64,000 nt of DNA from a virus (Duplodnaviria; Caudoviricetes). This document shows, piece after piece, positions 29,837 to 39,751 of the stretch. The stretch covers positions 30,499 to 94,498 of the IMG/VR virus record IMGVR_UViG_3300021167_000098; one strand, given 5' to 3'. Under the pieces are notes generated by a model. It worked only from the letters and a program-made list of their open reading frames with translations, did not search any database and was not told the DNA's origin. Position 1 is the stretch's first letter. Each line of letters opens with the position of its first letter. Made by a program: the position numbers and the translations under genes.

Positions 29837-32800
29837 TTATGTATTAAGTAGTCCAAAATTAGTTGATCCTTTTCCTGTAATAACACTATCTTTATGAGTT
29901 ATTGTATCACAAGTATCAACATTACCAAATCTTGCTACTCCACTTAATCTAAAGCAATAAGGAGCATTATTAAGTTTAAGAACATTTCCAGCAACAGTTA
30001 AATACATTGTATTATATGGTGATGGCATTGATGCTAACCTAACATTAGCTGAAGCTACTACATCTGCTAAAGATGCAAGAATAGTTCTACTATTGTTAGG
30101 ACCATTAAATTCAGCATCTGCTATAACTTGAGAAGCACAACCAGAAGTATTTTTAATAAAATATTCTTGTGTTCCATTTGCAACAGTTCCTGGAATAGCA
30201 TCTGGAGCTAAGTTAGATGGATCACCTGGATTAATTGTATTATTACTCCAAATATAAGCTGCTGGTAATCCACATTTACTATCAGCTGTATCAATATTAC
30301 CAATTGTTAAATCAGTAAGCATTGCATACTCTTTAGCAGCAAAAGATACATCTGGATCATCTAAATCTATTGAATTATTTGGATTAACTCCATTACAACA
30401 TGTACCTGGAGTTAATGTAATAACTACTGTATCTACTGCACTTGTACATGGTCCAGCTCCATCAGGATCATTAACTGTAAGAGTTAATGTGACAGTACCA
30501 GCAGCAATATCAGAAACTGAAGGAGTATAAGTAGTAACTGCAAGTAGTGGATTTCCAAAAGTTCCACTTCCAGAAGTAGTCCATAATAATCCATTTGTAT
30601 CAAATGATACAATACCATTTAAATTAATTGGAGTCACACCTGAAGAAGTTTGATCTATTCCTGCATTTGCTGTAGGCTGTGTAGTACAAGCACAAGCTTG
30701 TTTAATTATTTGTTTTTGTGTTGTATAAGCACAACCAAATTCATTTATTCCAGTTGCTGTAACAATCAATCCACTAGTCACATCAGCCATAGTTAATGTA
30801 ATAGCTGGAGTTATTGTTGGGAATGTTAGACCACCAGAATAATTTCCTGGATTAACTAAATTCCAAGTTAATTTTCCAGAAGGAAAAGGAAAACTAGAAA
30901 TTAATGTTAATTGTGTTATATTATTACAAACAAGTAATGATTCTCCACTTTCTGTAACTCCATTAGAATTAGCTGATATAATACCAAATGGTGTAGGACT
31001 ATTTACAGTAACTACTAATGTATTTGAATTAACAACACATCCTTCTGCATCTGTTATTTTAAGATAATATTCAGTTGTATTTGCTGGAGTAGTATTTAAT
31101 GTTGTTCCTGTTCCAGCAGTAATTCCTGCTCTATACCATTGATATTGGTAAGGTGCAACACCTCCTGTTACTACAGCTGATAAAGTAGTACTTCCTCCAT
31201 TACATATTGCTGCTGGAGAAGCTGAGATAGTAACTAGTACATCACAACCACAAGAATCAACAGGAATAGTTTTAGTTATTACACAAGAACCTGATCCATA
31301 AGTTACTACAATAGAACCTATACCAGATGCAACAGCTAGTGTGCTAGTAGGAGAACCTCCATTATAAACTACATTTTGATTAAATGTAAATGTTCTTGTT
31401 GTAGATGTTCCATTACAAGATTCTGTCCAAGTAAGTTCTCCTGGTCCAGGAGTAACTGTTATATTTACTGGAGATGTATTAGTATTATTTATACAAGTTC
31501 CTAAAGATATACCTCCTAAATAATAAGAAGTACTAACTGTAGGATTAACAACCAATGTTGATGGGATAGTTACTTCTTGAAGAACTACTCCATTCTGATA
31601 TAAATTAGCTGTTGCTCCATTAGATCCTCCAAAAGTTAATGTTACTGCTTCTCCACTACATATTGCATTATCACTTGCTGTAATAGTAGCAGTTGGTAGG
31701 GTTATTAAAGTTGCAGTAACAGTAGTGTTAATAGTTGATATACAACCATTTAATGCTACAGAAACTAACTTAACTACTTTAGTAGAAGTTGTATTTATTA
31801 CAAATGGACTTCCAAGAACTTTAGTCTTATTAACTCCATCTTCTATATATGTTACAGTAGCACCTTGAGTACCAGTGATTGTTATCTGTCCTGTTTGACC
31901 AGTACAGAAATCACCAGCTGTTATAGATGCTTCTGGATTAATATCACAATTACATTCTTTATATGTCTTCTTAGCTTTACAACCATCAGAGAATATAAAT
32001 GTAATTTCAGTAGATAATCCTTTAGTTAAATATAAAGTAAACACCCCTCCCACTAAAGTAAATGAATTAGCTCCAGTTACATTTTGTATTGTAAATCCAC
32101 CTTGATTAGCATTAACCTTAACAGTATATTCATTACCTATTAAAGAACAATCAATTGTATCAACAATAGTTCTAGGAGTAAGAGGATTAATAGGAATTTT
32201 AATATTACATTTATTCCCATGATTCATTCTTATTTCAGCAGTCTTAATCTCTTCATCATTTAATGTATAGAAGAAGTTATTACTAAACATTGGTTCAGTA
32301 GTATATCTGTCATTACCACTAGCTGATGTATCATATACAACCATTCCTCCAACTTGAGCATTATGCACAAAGGACTTGAATAGTTTACCATTTATCCATA
32401 ATTGATAAACAGTTTGAACTGCATCAGGAATAGTATATCCTGCTTTTTGATGTGGTCTAATATCCTGATTAACATCACATGGAACAAAAGGACCTTTAAG
32501 TTTAATACCTGTATGACAACCATTTAACTCAGAACCTATTGTTTTAGGGTTACAGAAGTAAACATCATCTAAACCAGCATCTTCTACACAACCACAATCT
32601 GTTTTAACTAACCAGTTATATCCAGACCATAATTCTCCTTCTTGTCCAACTAGTGGATATTTACCTTTAGGATCTATTTGACCTAAACCAAATAATGTAT
32701 CAGTATATTTACCTCCTTGTAATGGAAGATAAAGACTTCTGAATTTATCTGTTGAATCAAATGCAGCATCTTTGGTTTTATACCAAGTTAATCTTGGATT

Positions 32801-34741
32801 TCTCTTAGCATCAGTTATTATTGGAGTAATTTTATCTACAATATTAAGATTGCCAGAAGTTAATTGAGCATTAGTTGTAAATATATAAGGATTTACAGCT
32901 TTAGGAGCTTTATAAACACAAGTGTTAGCAAATGTAAAATCAGATGTTTGTTCTATATAATATTCATATGATGTTACAATATCTGTAGTTTGAGAATTAG
33001 ATGACCCAACTAAAATACTACCTATTGCAATATGAGTATATCCAATTCCAAAATCTGAATTTTCTAATGTAAAACTATCTTCTCCAGCTACATTAACAGA
33101 GGTTGACCATTTAGTTTCTCCATTACTGATAAATGCACCAGTGGTAGTATTGACTTTTTTATGTTTTCTTATTTGAGTAACTTTAATATTGCCAGATAAT
33201 GGTAAATCATTGTCTGCTATAAGATCACTTGTTGTATCTCCAAGTTTAGGAGAATTTGGTCCTGTTCCTTTTCTTAATTCTAATTTTGTTATAATTCTAA
33301 CTTCATTGGGAGCATCTGAATATATTATTCCATGTACTCTTGAAAATATAGATAATGCTGAACAAGAACAAGGCTCTTTAAGAATAAGTTCTGCTTTAAG
33401 ATCACAAGATTCATCTACTTTTTTAAGTGTAAGAGTATCTTTACAGTCATTATCTGGATCATCTCCACAAGTACCTGAAATACACTTACATCCTGGATGA
33501 TTAGCACAATCATCACAAGAATAATTAGAACAATCTTTACATATACCTTTATCACAAGTACAACCTTGTTGACAATTAGCTGATGTTACACAAGGTTTAT
33601 CATTACATCCTTCTGATTTAGAACATGTATTTCCATTACATTTACATCCTAATATTTGAGAACATAAACTTGGATTAGTAGCACAGTTAACTGAGTTACA
33701 TGGAACACACTCTCCATTTAAACAACCACAACCAGGTCCACAATCTCCACCATTTACACAAGTTCCAACACAAGGTTTAGGTTTACATTGACCATTATCA
33801 CAATAACAACCTGGACCACATTCAGCACCTGAAGAACAAGCACCTGAACATGGAGAACAATAACATCTTCCATCTGCTGTAGGCACACAAGCATTTGCTG
33901 TGTTACAAGTAGGATTATTACAATCACATTCTGGAACACAACTATCTCCTACACAAATATATCCTTCTGGACATACTCTAGGAACACACTGCCCATTAAG
34001 ACAGTCCATACATTCAGGACAAGGAGTATTAGGATCACATGGTGGTTTAGGTACACATTTACCTAAAATTGGATCATATACAGCAGAGTCTTTACAACAA
34101 AGACATTCTCCATCATAACAACATTGGTTTTCACCACAATCTGTATTACCATTACATCCAGTACAATCACATGTAACTGGATCTACAACACCTGAAGCAC
34201 ATATTTTTTGTGCCCAAGAACCACCTAAACAGATTAAACATGGATTATTAGGATTAACATCACCAACAATACATTCTACACACTTACCTGTAACTGGATC
34301 ATATTTACCTTGAGGGCATTGGCATTCTCCTTGAACACATATTTGATCTCCTGGACATGGATGCTCATCATTACATGATACACAATCTCCAGTTACTGGA
34401 TCACATATATCACATGTAGGAATACATTCTCCATTAATACAAACATGACAAGGAGGACAATCAGTTGGTCCTGTACAAAAACATAAAGTCTTATCTACGA
34501 TAGGACAGTTAGTGCAACCAGGACATTCTATATGATATTTAACACAAGGAGAACAATTCTCCATATCATCATCAATAGAAAATTCTACTCCATTTGTTAA
34601 TTTCTTTCCATCAACTACCTTATCTGGTAAGTGACAGGTTAATACAATACAAGGACTTAATGTTTCCCATCTAACAATAGCATTACTGCATGGCAATCCA
34701 TCCTTTAATATATCTCCTAAATAATATTTGACTGTGCGCAT
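29837..34741 (-). CDS. Large cysteine-rich repeat/Ig-like (PKD/SprB-type) virion fibre or adhesin-like protein
   Basis: 1634 aa. The N-terminal ~430 aa are tandem C-x-x-x-x-x-C-P/G-x-G-x-x-C-x-x-G-x-C repeats. Later Thr-rich Ig-like units (ISASPAAICNGGSTTLSAVVTGGVAPYQYQW; PTANAGIDQT...WTTSGSGTF) resemble Bacteroidota surface-protein domains. Confidence 0.7.
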   Translation of the reverse strand: MRTVKYYLGDILKDGLPCSNAIVRWETLSPCIVLTCHLPDKVVDGKKLTNGVEFSIDDDMENCSPCVKYHIECPGCTNCPIVDKTLCFCTGPTDCPPCHVCINGECIPTCDICDPVTGDCVSCNDEHPCPGDQICVQGECQCPQGKYDPVTGKCVECIVGDVNPNNPCLICLGGSWAQKICASGVVDPVTCDCTGCNGNTDCGENQCCYDGECLCCKDSAVYDPILGKCVPKPPCDPNTPCPECMDCLNGQCVPRVCPEGYICVGDSCVPECDCNNPTCNTANACVPTADGRCYCSPCSGACSSGAECGPGCYCDNGQCKPKPCVGTCVNGGDCGPGCGCLNGECVPCNSVNCATNPSLCSQILGCKCNGNTCSKSEGCNDKPCVTSANCQQGCTCDKGICKDCSNYSCDDCANHPGCKCISGTCGDDPDNDCKDTLTLKKVDESCDLKAELILKEPCSCSALSIFSRVHGIIYSDAPNEVRIITKLELRKGTGPNSPKLGDTTSDLIADNDLPLSGNIKVTQIRKHKKVNTTTGAFISNGETKWSTSVNVAGEDSFTLENSDFGIGYTHIAIGSILVGSSNSQTTDIVTSYEYYIEQTSDFTFANTCVYKAPKAVNPYIFTTNAQLTSGNLNIVDKITPIITDAKRNPRLTWYKTKDAAFDSTDKFRSLYLPLQGGKYTDTLFGLGQIDPKGKYPLVGQEGELWSGYNWLVKTDCGCVEDAGLDDVYFCNPKTIGSELNGCHTGIKLKGPFVPCDVNQDIRPHQKAGYTIPDAVQTVYQLWINGKLFKSFVHNAQVGGMVVYDTSASGNDRYTTEPMFSNNFFYTLNDEEIKTAEIRMNHGNKCNIKIPINPLTPRTIVDTIDCSLIGNEYTVKVNANQGGFTIQNVTGANSFTLVGGVFTLYLTKGLSTEITFIFSDGCKAKKTYKECNCDINPEASITAGDFCTGQTGQITITGTQGATVTYIEDGVNKTKVLGSPFVINTTSTKVVKLVSVALNGCISTINTTVTATLITLPTATITASDNAICSGEAVTLTFGGSNGATANLYQNGVVLQEVTIPSTLVVNPTVSTSYYLGGISLGTCINNTNTSPVNITVTPGPGELTWTESCNGTSTTRTFTFNQNVVYNGGSPTSTLAVASGIGSIVVTYGSGSCVITKTIPVDSCGCDVLVTISASPAAICNGGSTTLSAVVTGGVAPYQYQWYRAGITAGTGTTLNTTPANTTEYYLKITDAEGCVVNSNTLVVTVNSPTPFGIISANSNGVTESGESLLVCNNITQLTLISSFPFPSGKLTWNLVNPGNYSGGLTFPTITPAITLTMADVTSGLIVTATGINEFGCAYTTQKQIIKQACACTTQPTANAGIDQTSSGVTPINLNGIVSFDTNGLLWTTSGSGTFGNPLLAVTTYTPSVSDIAAGTVTLTLTVNDPDGAGPCTSAVDTVVITLTPGTCCNGVNPNNSIDLDDPDVSFAAKEYAMLTDLTIGNIDTADSKCGLPAAYIWSNNTINPGDPSNLAPDAIPGTVANGTQEYFIKNTSGCASQVIADAEFNGPNNSRTILASLADVVASANVRLASMPSPYNTMYLTVAGNVLKLNNAPYCFRLSGVARFGNVDTCDTITHKDSVITGKGSTNFGLLNT

Positions 34742-34745
34742 TAAG

Positions 34746-35468
34746 TTATATTAAATTTATTTCTTTAAAATCATTTATTAATTCCTCTTGCATTGTAGTG
34801 TCATACTTCAAATCACAAAGAGGATAGTTATTTTTATTTACTGTCAGTATACAATTATCTGACTCAATTTTTGGTTCTACAATCATATTACAACCAATTA
34901 TCTCTTTGATAAGTTCATGTGTAATATTACATTGTCTTAGTTCTGAATATGTATTAAATGTTATGTTACAGTTTACTAAACTATCATAATCTATTCTACT
35001 TCCTTCAACTGTTAGTTTATAATCAGAAGGTAATTTATATTCCCATTCTGGTAAAGCTGCATGTTCTGGATCAGATAATGCCCAAGCATCATAATTAGAA
35101 TTATCTATAACTAAACTAGGAACTACATCCATAGTACATATAGCTATAACATCTTTAATATTTTCTAATGCTTTATTAACTTCAGCTTTCTTCAGAGATT
35201 GTTTACCACCTTCAAGAATAGACTTTCTATATCTTTTTAAGAATCTAATATAAATTCCACATACTAAATGAACATCCATATCAAAGCAGGATTTAAAGTC
35301 ATATTTAACTTTATTCATCCAACCATCAGCATTATCTAATATTTGATATTCTAACTGTTCAATAAGAAGTTCTATTTCTTCAAGAGAAATACTGTAACAT
35401 TTGCTACAATACTCCTTGCAGCAATTTTGGCAGTTATTGATATGTATTAGTTTATTTTTATAATACAT
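34746..35468 (-). CDS. Cys-rich structural protein, possible tail hub subunit
   Basis: 240-aa ORF coupled to its neighbours; function inferred from position only. Confidence 0.4.
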   Translation of the reverse strand: MYYKNKLIHINNCQNCCKEYCSKCYSISLEEIELLIEQLEYQILDNADGWMNKVKYDFKSCFDMDVHLVCGIYIRFLKRYRKSILEGGKQSLKKAEVNKALENIKDVIAICTMDVVPSLVIDNSNYDAWALSDPEHAALPEWEYKLPSDYKLTVEGSRIDYDSLVNCNITFNTYSELRQCNITHELIKEIIGCNMIVEPKIESDNCILTVNKNNYPLCDLKYDTTMQEELINDFKEINLI

Positions 35469-36697
35469 TAATCATAATTTCTAAATTCTGAAATAGGGTC
35501 ATAGAAAGAGCCTCTTTTAGAAAATTCTCCCCATACCACATAGCTTTGTCCAAATCTAATTCTATTACCAACAGATACATTTCTACTATCAATATGATTA
35601 GCATTACTTGGATATGATCCAAACCCTCTTATACCTAATGATAATAAAGCACCTAAGACTTTAGGATTACCATTAATAACATCATTCTCATATCTTTCTT
35701 GAGCAGCATAAGCACCTTTACCTATAAATCTCCAATCTAATGCATTTCTAAACATATGTTGTGATAATGTAGATCCACCAGCTATATGATTACAATTAGG
35801 ATCTCTGTATGATGATGATAATTTAATAGATACACCATAATAACTCCTTATAAATTGTATTCCATTGATAGTATTCAATGATAAGAAATGACCAGTTTCA
35901 TATTTAGGATATGAACATCTTGTTATAAACTCACTAACTTTAAAATTAAGAGTAAGTTGTTTTTTATAATCTGCAAATCTTATGAATGTATAATCTACAT
36001 TTTGATATCTAAAGTTATCATATATTTTATAATTAACTCTGGCTCCAACAATATCATCTATTTGTAAAGTTTTATAAACTCTGGATGGATTCATTACAGC
36101 ATATTCATTATCATGTTTAAGACCAGCAGCAGCATGTCCAAACTCATGTAATATTACAGTGAAGTATGTATGCTTTGCTTTATCTCTTTCTTTAACATAA
36201 TTATACATATCAGCTAAATCCATCCTTATAGATGTTTTAGTAAGCTCTCCTTTCATAGGAGGGAATGCAGCCAAAGCCAAATCACCACCAATACCATCAT
36301 CTTCTAAGAATTTAAATATGATAAGCATATTAGCTTCCTTAATAGATGACACTTGTCTTATAGGTTTCTGTATAGCAAATGCCCATTGATTAGCAGCATT
36401 TGTAGTTTTATCATCTATATATTTTTTATCAGAATTATTAAAATAGTCAGTAACTGTTTTACCATCTTTATATATTCCTCTATATTCAATATAATATCTT
36501 ATCTCAGTACTATCTTTCCAAGTGCTATATCCTTTTTTATAAGCTTCTTCTTTCTCTAAATTACATACATTAGCACTATCACTCACTACTGGCACTTGAG
36601 CAATAAGTTCTTCCATAGAGTTAGAAGTGCTTTGTATTTGCGAACAAGCAAACACTATCACTAAAAGTAATAAACACAGAAAATATACCTTCCTCAT
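35468..36697 (-). CDS. Putative lipoprotein with matrixin (M10)-like metzincin domain fused to peptidase M15A (endolysin-like) domain
   Basis: Signal MRKVYFLCLLLLVIVFA-C; GGDLALAAFPP, HEFGHAAAGLKH and Met-turn AVMNP; then LTLNFKVSEF, SSSYRD..CN..AGGSTLSQHM..NALD and NHIDSR. Confidence 0.8.
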   Translation of the reverse strand: MRKVYFLCLLLLVIVFACSQIQSTSNSMEELIAQVPVVSDSANVCNLEKEEAYKKGYSTWKDSTEIRYYIEYRGIYKDGKTVTDYFNNSDKKYIDDKTTNAANQWAFAIQKPIRQVSSIKEANMLIIFKFLEDDGIGGDLALAAFPPMKGELTKTSIRMDLADMYNYVKERDKAKHTYFTVILHEFGHAAAGLKHDNEYAVMNPSRVYKTLQIDDIVGARVNYKIYDNFRYQNVDYTFIRFADYKKQLTLNFKVSEFITRCSYPKYETGHFLSLNTINGIQFIRSYYGVSIKLSSSYRDPNCNHIAGGSTLSQHMFRNALDWRFIGKGAYAAQERYENDVINGNPKVLGALLSLGIRGFGSYPSNANHIDSRNVSVGNRIRFGQSYVVWGEFSKRGSFYDPISEFRNYD

Positions 36698-36993
36698 TAA
36701 AGTTTTATTATTAAATTTGCTTTGTGGATAGAATCAACTCTTACAACGCTTCTTTGTTCTTCTTGGCTATAAGACATAGCTTTCTCCTCAATTAATTCTA
36801 CCTTCCTTTTATCTTTGGGATTAACAATATAATACCTTATTTCGTTACCCTTACCAGCAAATAAATTATTAGTACTAACTACTGCATGAGGTGTTTCTCT
36901 AAGTATCTCATTCATTATATTATTCTCTTGTTCTTTACAACTATTATAATGTGTTGCCATAAGGATTAAGAGTATTGTAATTAATGTTTTCAT
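36697..36993 (-). CDS. Small putative lipoprotein, paralogous to the N-terminal part of the adjacent M10 domain
   Basis: MKTLITILLILMATHYNS-CKEQE; shares EIRYYI...V(D/S)SIxxAN(L/M)xI with the downstream gene. Confidence 0.6.
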   Translation of the reverse strand: MKTLITILLILMATHYNSCKEQENNIMNEILRETPHAVVSTNNLFAGKGNEIRYYIVNPKDKRKVELIEEKAMSYSQEEQRSVVRVDSIHKANLIIKL

Positions 36994-37005
36994 TATTATT
37001 AAATT

Positions 37006-38610
37006 TTAATCCCAAATTTCAATTTTTACTGTATTTGGTCCAGCTGCATTTGTAGATATTTGACTAATTCTTCCACCTATAGTACCAGTCCAACCAATAT
37101 CAAATTTAGATATTCCAAAATCACCAGCTCCACTTTCATAATCAACTTGTTCTGAAATAGATACAAAATAATTATTTGTAAATATTCCACTTAGTTCTAT
37201 TTGTTGTCCATCAAAAGATGCAGTTCTACCTGTAGTATTAATGATAACATTCATTGTTGGAATTACTCCATTATAAACTTCTGCTAAGAATATTTTAGGA
37301 ATGCCTAAAGATGCTGGTGTAGATGATCCAAGATTTCCTGAAGGGTCTGCTGTTACTACTCTTGTGCTACTGCCAGCAAGACTGACAATTTTTACTACTC
37401 CACTAGAGTAGATAGTTAATCTTTCAACTCTTGTAGCTGTATTTGAACCTGTTAAAAAAGATAATCTTGCTGGAACAGAACCTGCCGAAACTGCACCGTC
37501 AACAAATGCCTCCATACCTGCACCATGTTGAAATGTAGTTCCATCATGTCCTCCCATTACTAATCCACCTAACCAATAATTTAATCCAACAGCTGTTGGT
37601 GAAGCCAATGTTCCTGTTGACCTATTGAAAACTATATAACCCCTGTGAACACTTGAACCATTTGAAGAAACCAAAACATTCATGGCTGCCAAACTTGAAG
37701 CCTCGTGATAAACATTTATCCCTGCAATTGTGCTGAATGTGTTTGTTGCTGCAAGTCCACCTGTTTTAGTTACTATTATATTATCATTGGTATAGTTCCA
37801 TAATAATCTATTTTCAGATGTTAATCCTGCAACACCAGTCTGTCCAAAAGCAATTTGCATATTTGTACCTCCTGTAACACTAAGTGTTGTTCCATTAAGA
37901 GTTAATGAAGGATCAATACTTAACCAAGTTACTTGACCAGCACTATCATCCCAAAATAGAATTCTATCTGCTCCAGGGTCTACTAATGCTGATCCTGTTC
38001 CTCCATGAGCTAATGGTATCTCTGTACCATTCCATTCACCTGTAGTTATAGTTCCTAATGTAGTAATAGATATTTGTCCTAAATATGTAGAGGCAATATC
38101 TAATGTAGGATTGCCTAATACACCATCTCCATTAGTAATAGTTATTTTATCTAATGTCCCAACTATTGTTCTTCCTTCAAATGTATCAAGAGCTGTCTGT
38201 ACTAATAAACCATCTGTATTATAAACAGCTAAAACACTAAGTGTATTATCTAAGGTCACTTCTGTGTTAGTGCCATTATCAGATGCTATCAAACCATCTC
38301 CTATAAAATTAATTGTGTCTCTTGAGGGTAGTGGAGTTCCATCATCTTCTATTGTGGGCATTGTTGGGAGACCCTTTAGTGATAATATTGAAAATTCATC
38401 TCCAGTATCTATAGTCCTCCAAATATATTTATATTCTGAACCATCAGAACCTACTTCATCAAATACAATAACTGCACCATGTAGACTAGTAGGTTTAACA
38501 TTAGCAGGACTATTAGCCCAAGTATAAACCTCTTCTACAGTAGGATTCAGAGGATCAGCAAATGCTTCCTCTGGTATTTCATATTTCATTGATGTTGAGT
38601 AGTGTGACAT
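37006..38610 (-). CDS. Tail fibre protein
   Basis: Thr/Gly-rich with fibre-type motifs (GQISITTLGTITTGEWNGTEIPLAHGGTG, DPGADRILFWDDSAG, VPARLSFLT...ERLTI). Confidence 0.75.
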   Translation of the reverse strand: MSHYSTSMKYEIPEEAFADPLNPTVEEVYTWANSPANVKPTSLHGAVIVFDEVGSDGSEYKYIWRTIDTGDEFSILSLKGLPTMPTIEDDGTPLPSRDTINFIGDGLIASDNGTNTEVTLDNTLSVLAVYNTDGLLVQTALDTFEGRTIVGTLDKITITNGDGVLGNPTLDIASTYLGQISITTLGTITTGEWNGTEIPLAHGGTGSALVDPGADRILFWDDSAGQVTWLSIDPSLTLNGTTLSVTGGTNMQIAFGQTGVAGLTSENRLLWNYTNDNIIVTKTGGLAATNTFSTIAGINVYHEASSLAAMNVLVSSNGSSVHRGYIVFNRSTGTLASPTAVGLNYWLGGLVMGGHDGTTFQHGAGMEAFVDGAVSAGSVPARLSFLTGSNTATRVERLTIYSSGVVKIVSLAGSSTRVVTADPSGNLGSSTPASLGIPKIFLAEVYNGVIPTMNVIINTTGRTASFDGQQIELSGIFTNNYFVSISEQVDYESGAGDFGISKFDIGWTGTIGGRISQISTNAAGPNTVKIEIWD

Positions 38611-39374
38611 TATGCTAAAAATTGTATTGTTGCTCTAATACTACCCATTGCACTATCTATACTTGTAAGCCTTGCTAATGAATTAGTAGTCTCAAAACCT
38701 TGTATTTTTAATCTATTCTCACTACGAAGATATCCTGTATATTTTAGATTATCAATTCTAGTTGGCATTATAATATTAAAGTTAAGAATCTCAGGAGTTA
38801 CCACAATATATACTGTATCAAACCCAAAAGTTTGATCTGATGATTTAGAAACATCCTCTCCTAATACTCCTTCATAATCACTTGATACTATTGTGTAAGG
38901 AACAGTATCGCCAAGTAATATACTATTAAAATCTGAAATATCAATTTCAAATATAACTGTCCTTAATTTAGCAGGAACAGAAGCAAGTACTGTATGTACT
39001 ACTCCATCAGGAGTTGTATAATGTTCTCCTACTTCTGCAAGAGCCGTTAAAGCTGCTGCATTATCTGCAAATGTTTGTTGATTAGGGGTAGATATAGTTT
39101 TATCACCAGTAAGTTCAATAGAGTCATCTTCTGTTGTTGGACTGAGAATAGTACCAGTTCTTTCCCATAAAGAAGGTGGAGCTGAAGGTAGTACTACCCA
39201 TTCTGTACCATCATAGTAATATAATGCTGGGGCTTCCTCATCAATATATATAGCACCTTCTCTGGCTAAACCTTCTGGTTCACCTTCTCCTATAGTAGAA
39301 CCTACACAACAGCACATAAACTGTTTTATAGATTTCTTTATTAATTTTATTATATGTGATTCTGTTGTGTTCAT
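38610..39374 (-). CDS. Fibre-like structural protein
   Basis: Modules GEPEGLAREGAIYID...LYYYDGTEWV, SLWERTGTILSP and FADNAAAL...GEHY; translationally coupled. Confidence 0.6.
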   Translation of the reverse strand: MNTTESHIIKLIKKSIKQFMCCCVGSTIGEGEPEGLAREGAIYIDEEAPALYYYDGTEWVVLPSAPPSLWERTGTILSPTTEDDSIELTGDKTISTPNQQTFADNAAALTALAEVGEHYTTPDGVVHTVLASVPAKLRTVIFEIDISDFNSILLGDTVPYTIVSSDYEGVLGEDVSKSSDQTFGFDTVYIVVTPEILNFNIIMPTRIDNLKYTGYLRSENRLKIQGFETTNSLARLTSIDSAMGSIRATIQFLA

Positions 39375-39751
39375 TATACTTTAGTAAATTTTATAGTTAC
39401 TTTTAAAATTGCCATAGCATCAATTATATCAGTTGCTTGTGTATCTGTTAAATTAAAGTTTCCAGCAAATATAGAAACATAACTAGTTCCTGGTGTAGGA
39501 TCTGAATAGTAATTTATTATATATCCTGGAACTGTTTCACATATAGCCATAACACTTTGGGTTTCTGAATCTTCAATAGATATATCTATGGCATCTGTGG
39601 GAAAGGAAATTGAATTTTTTATTACTGTTAATCCAATACTACCAACATCTGATATTACAGTGTATGTTAGTCCAGCTCCATTACTAGCAGCAGTATATCC
39701 TGTTAAGTCTACTGTAATAGTAGCTGTATATATTTTCTTTATTACTCCCAT
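39374..39751 (-). CDS. Small beta-rich fibre-associated protein
   Basis: 125-aa ORF overlapping both neighbours by TAATG junctions. Confidence 0.55.
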   Translation of the reverse strand: MGVIKKIYTATITVDLTGYTAASNGAGLTYTVISDVGSIGLTVIKNSISFPTDAIDISIEDSETQSVMAICETVPGYIINYYSDPTPGTSYVSIFAGNFNLTDTQATDIIDAMAILKVTIKFTKV

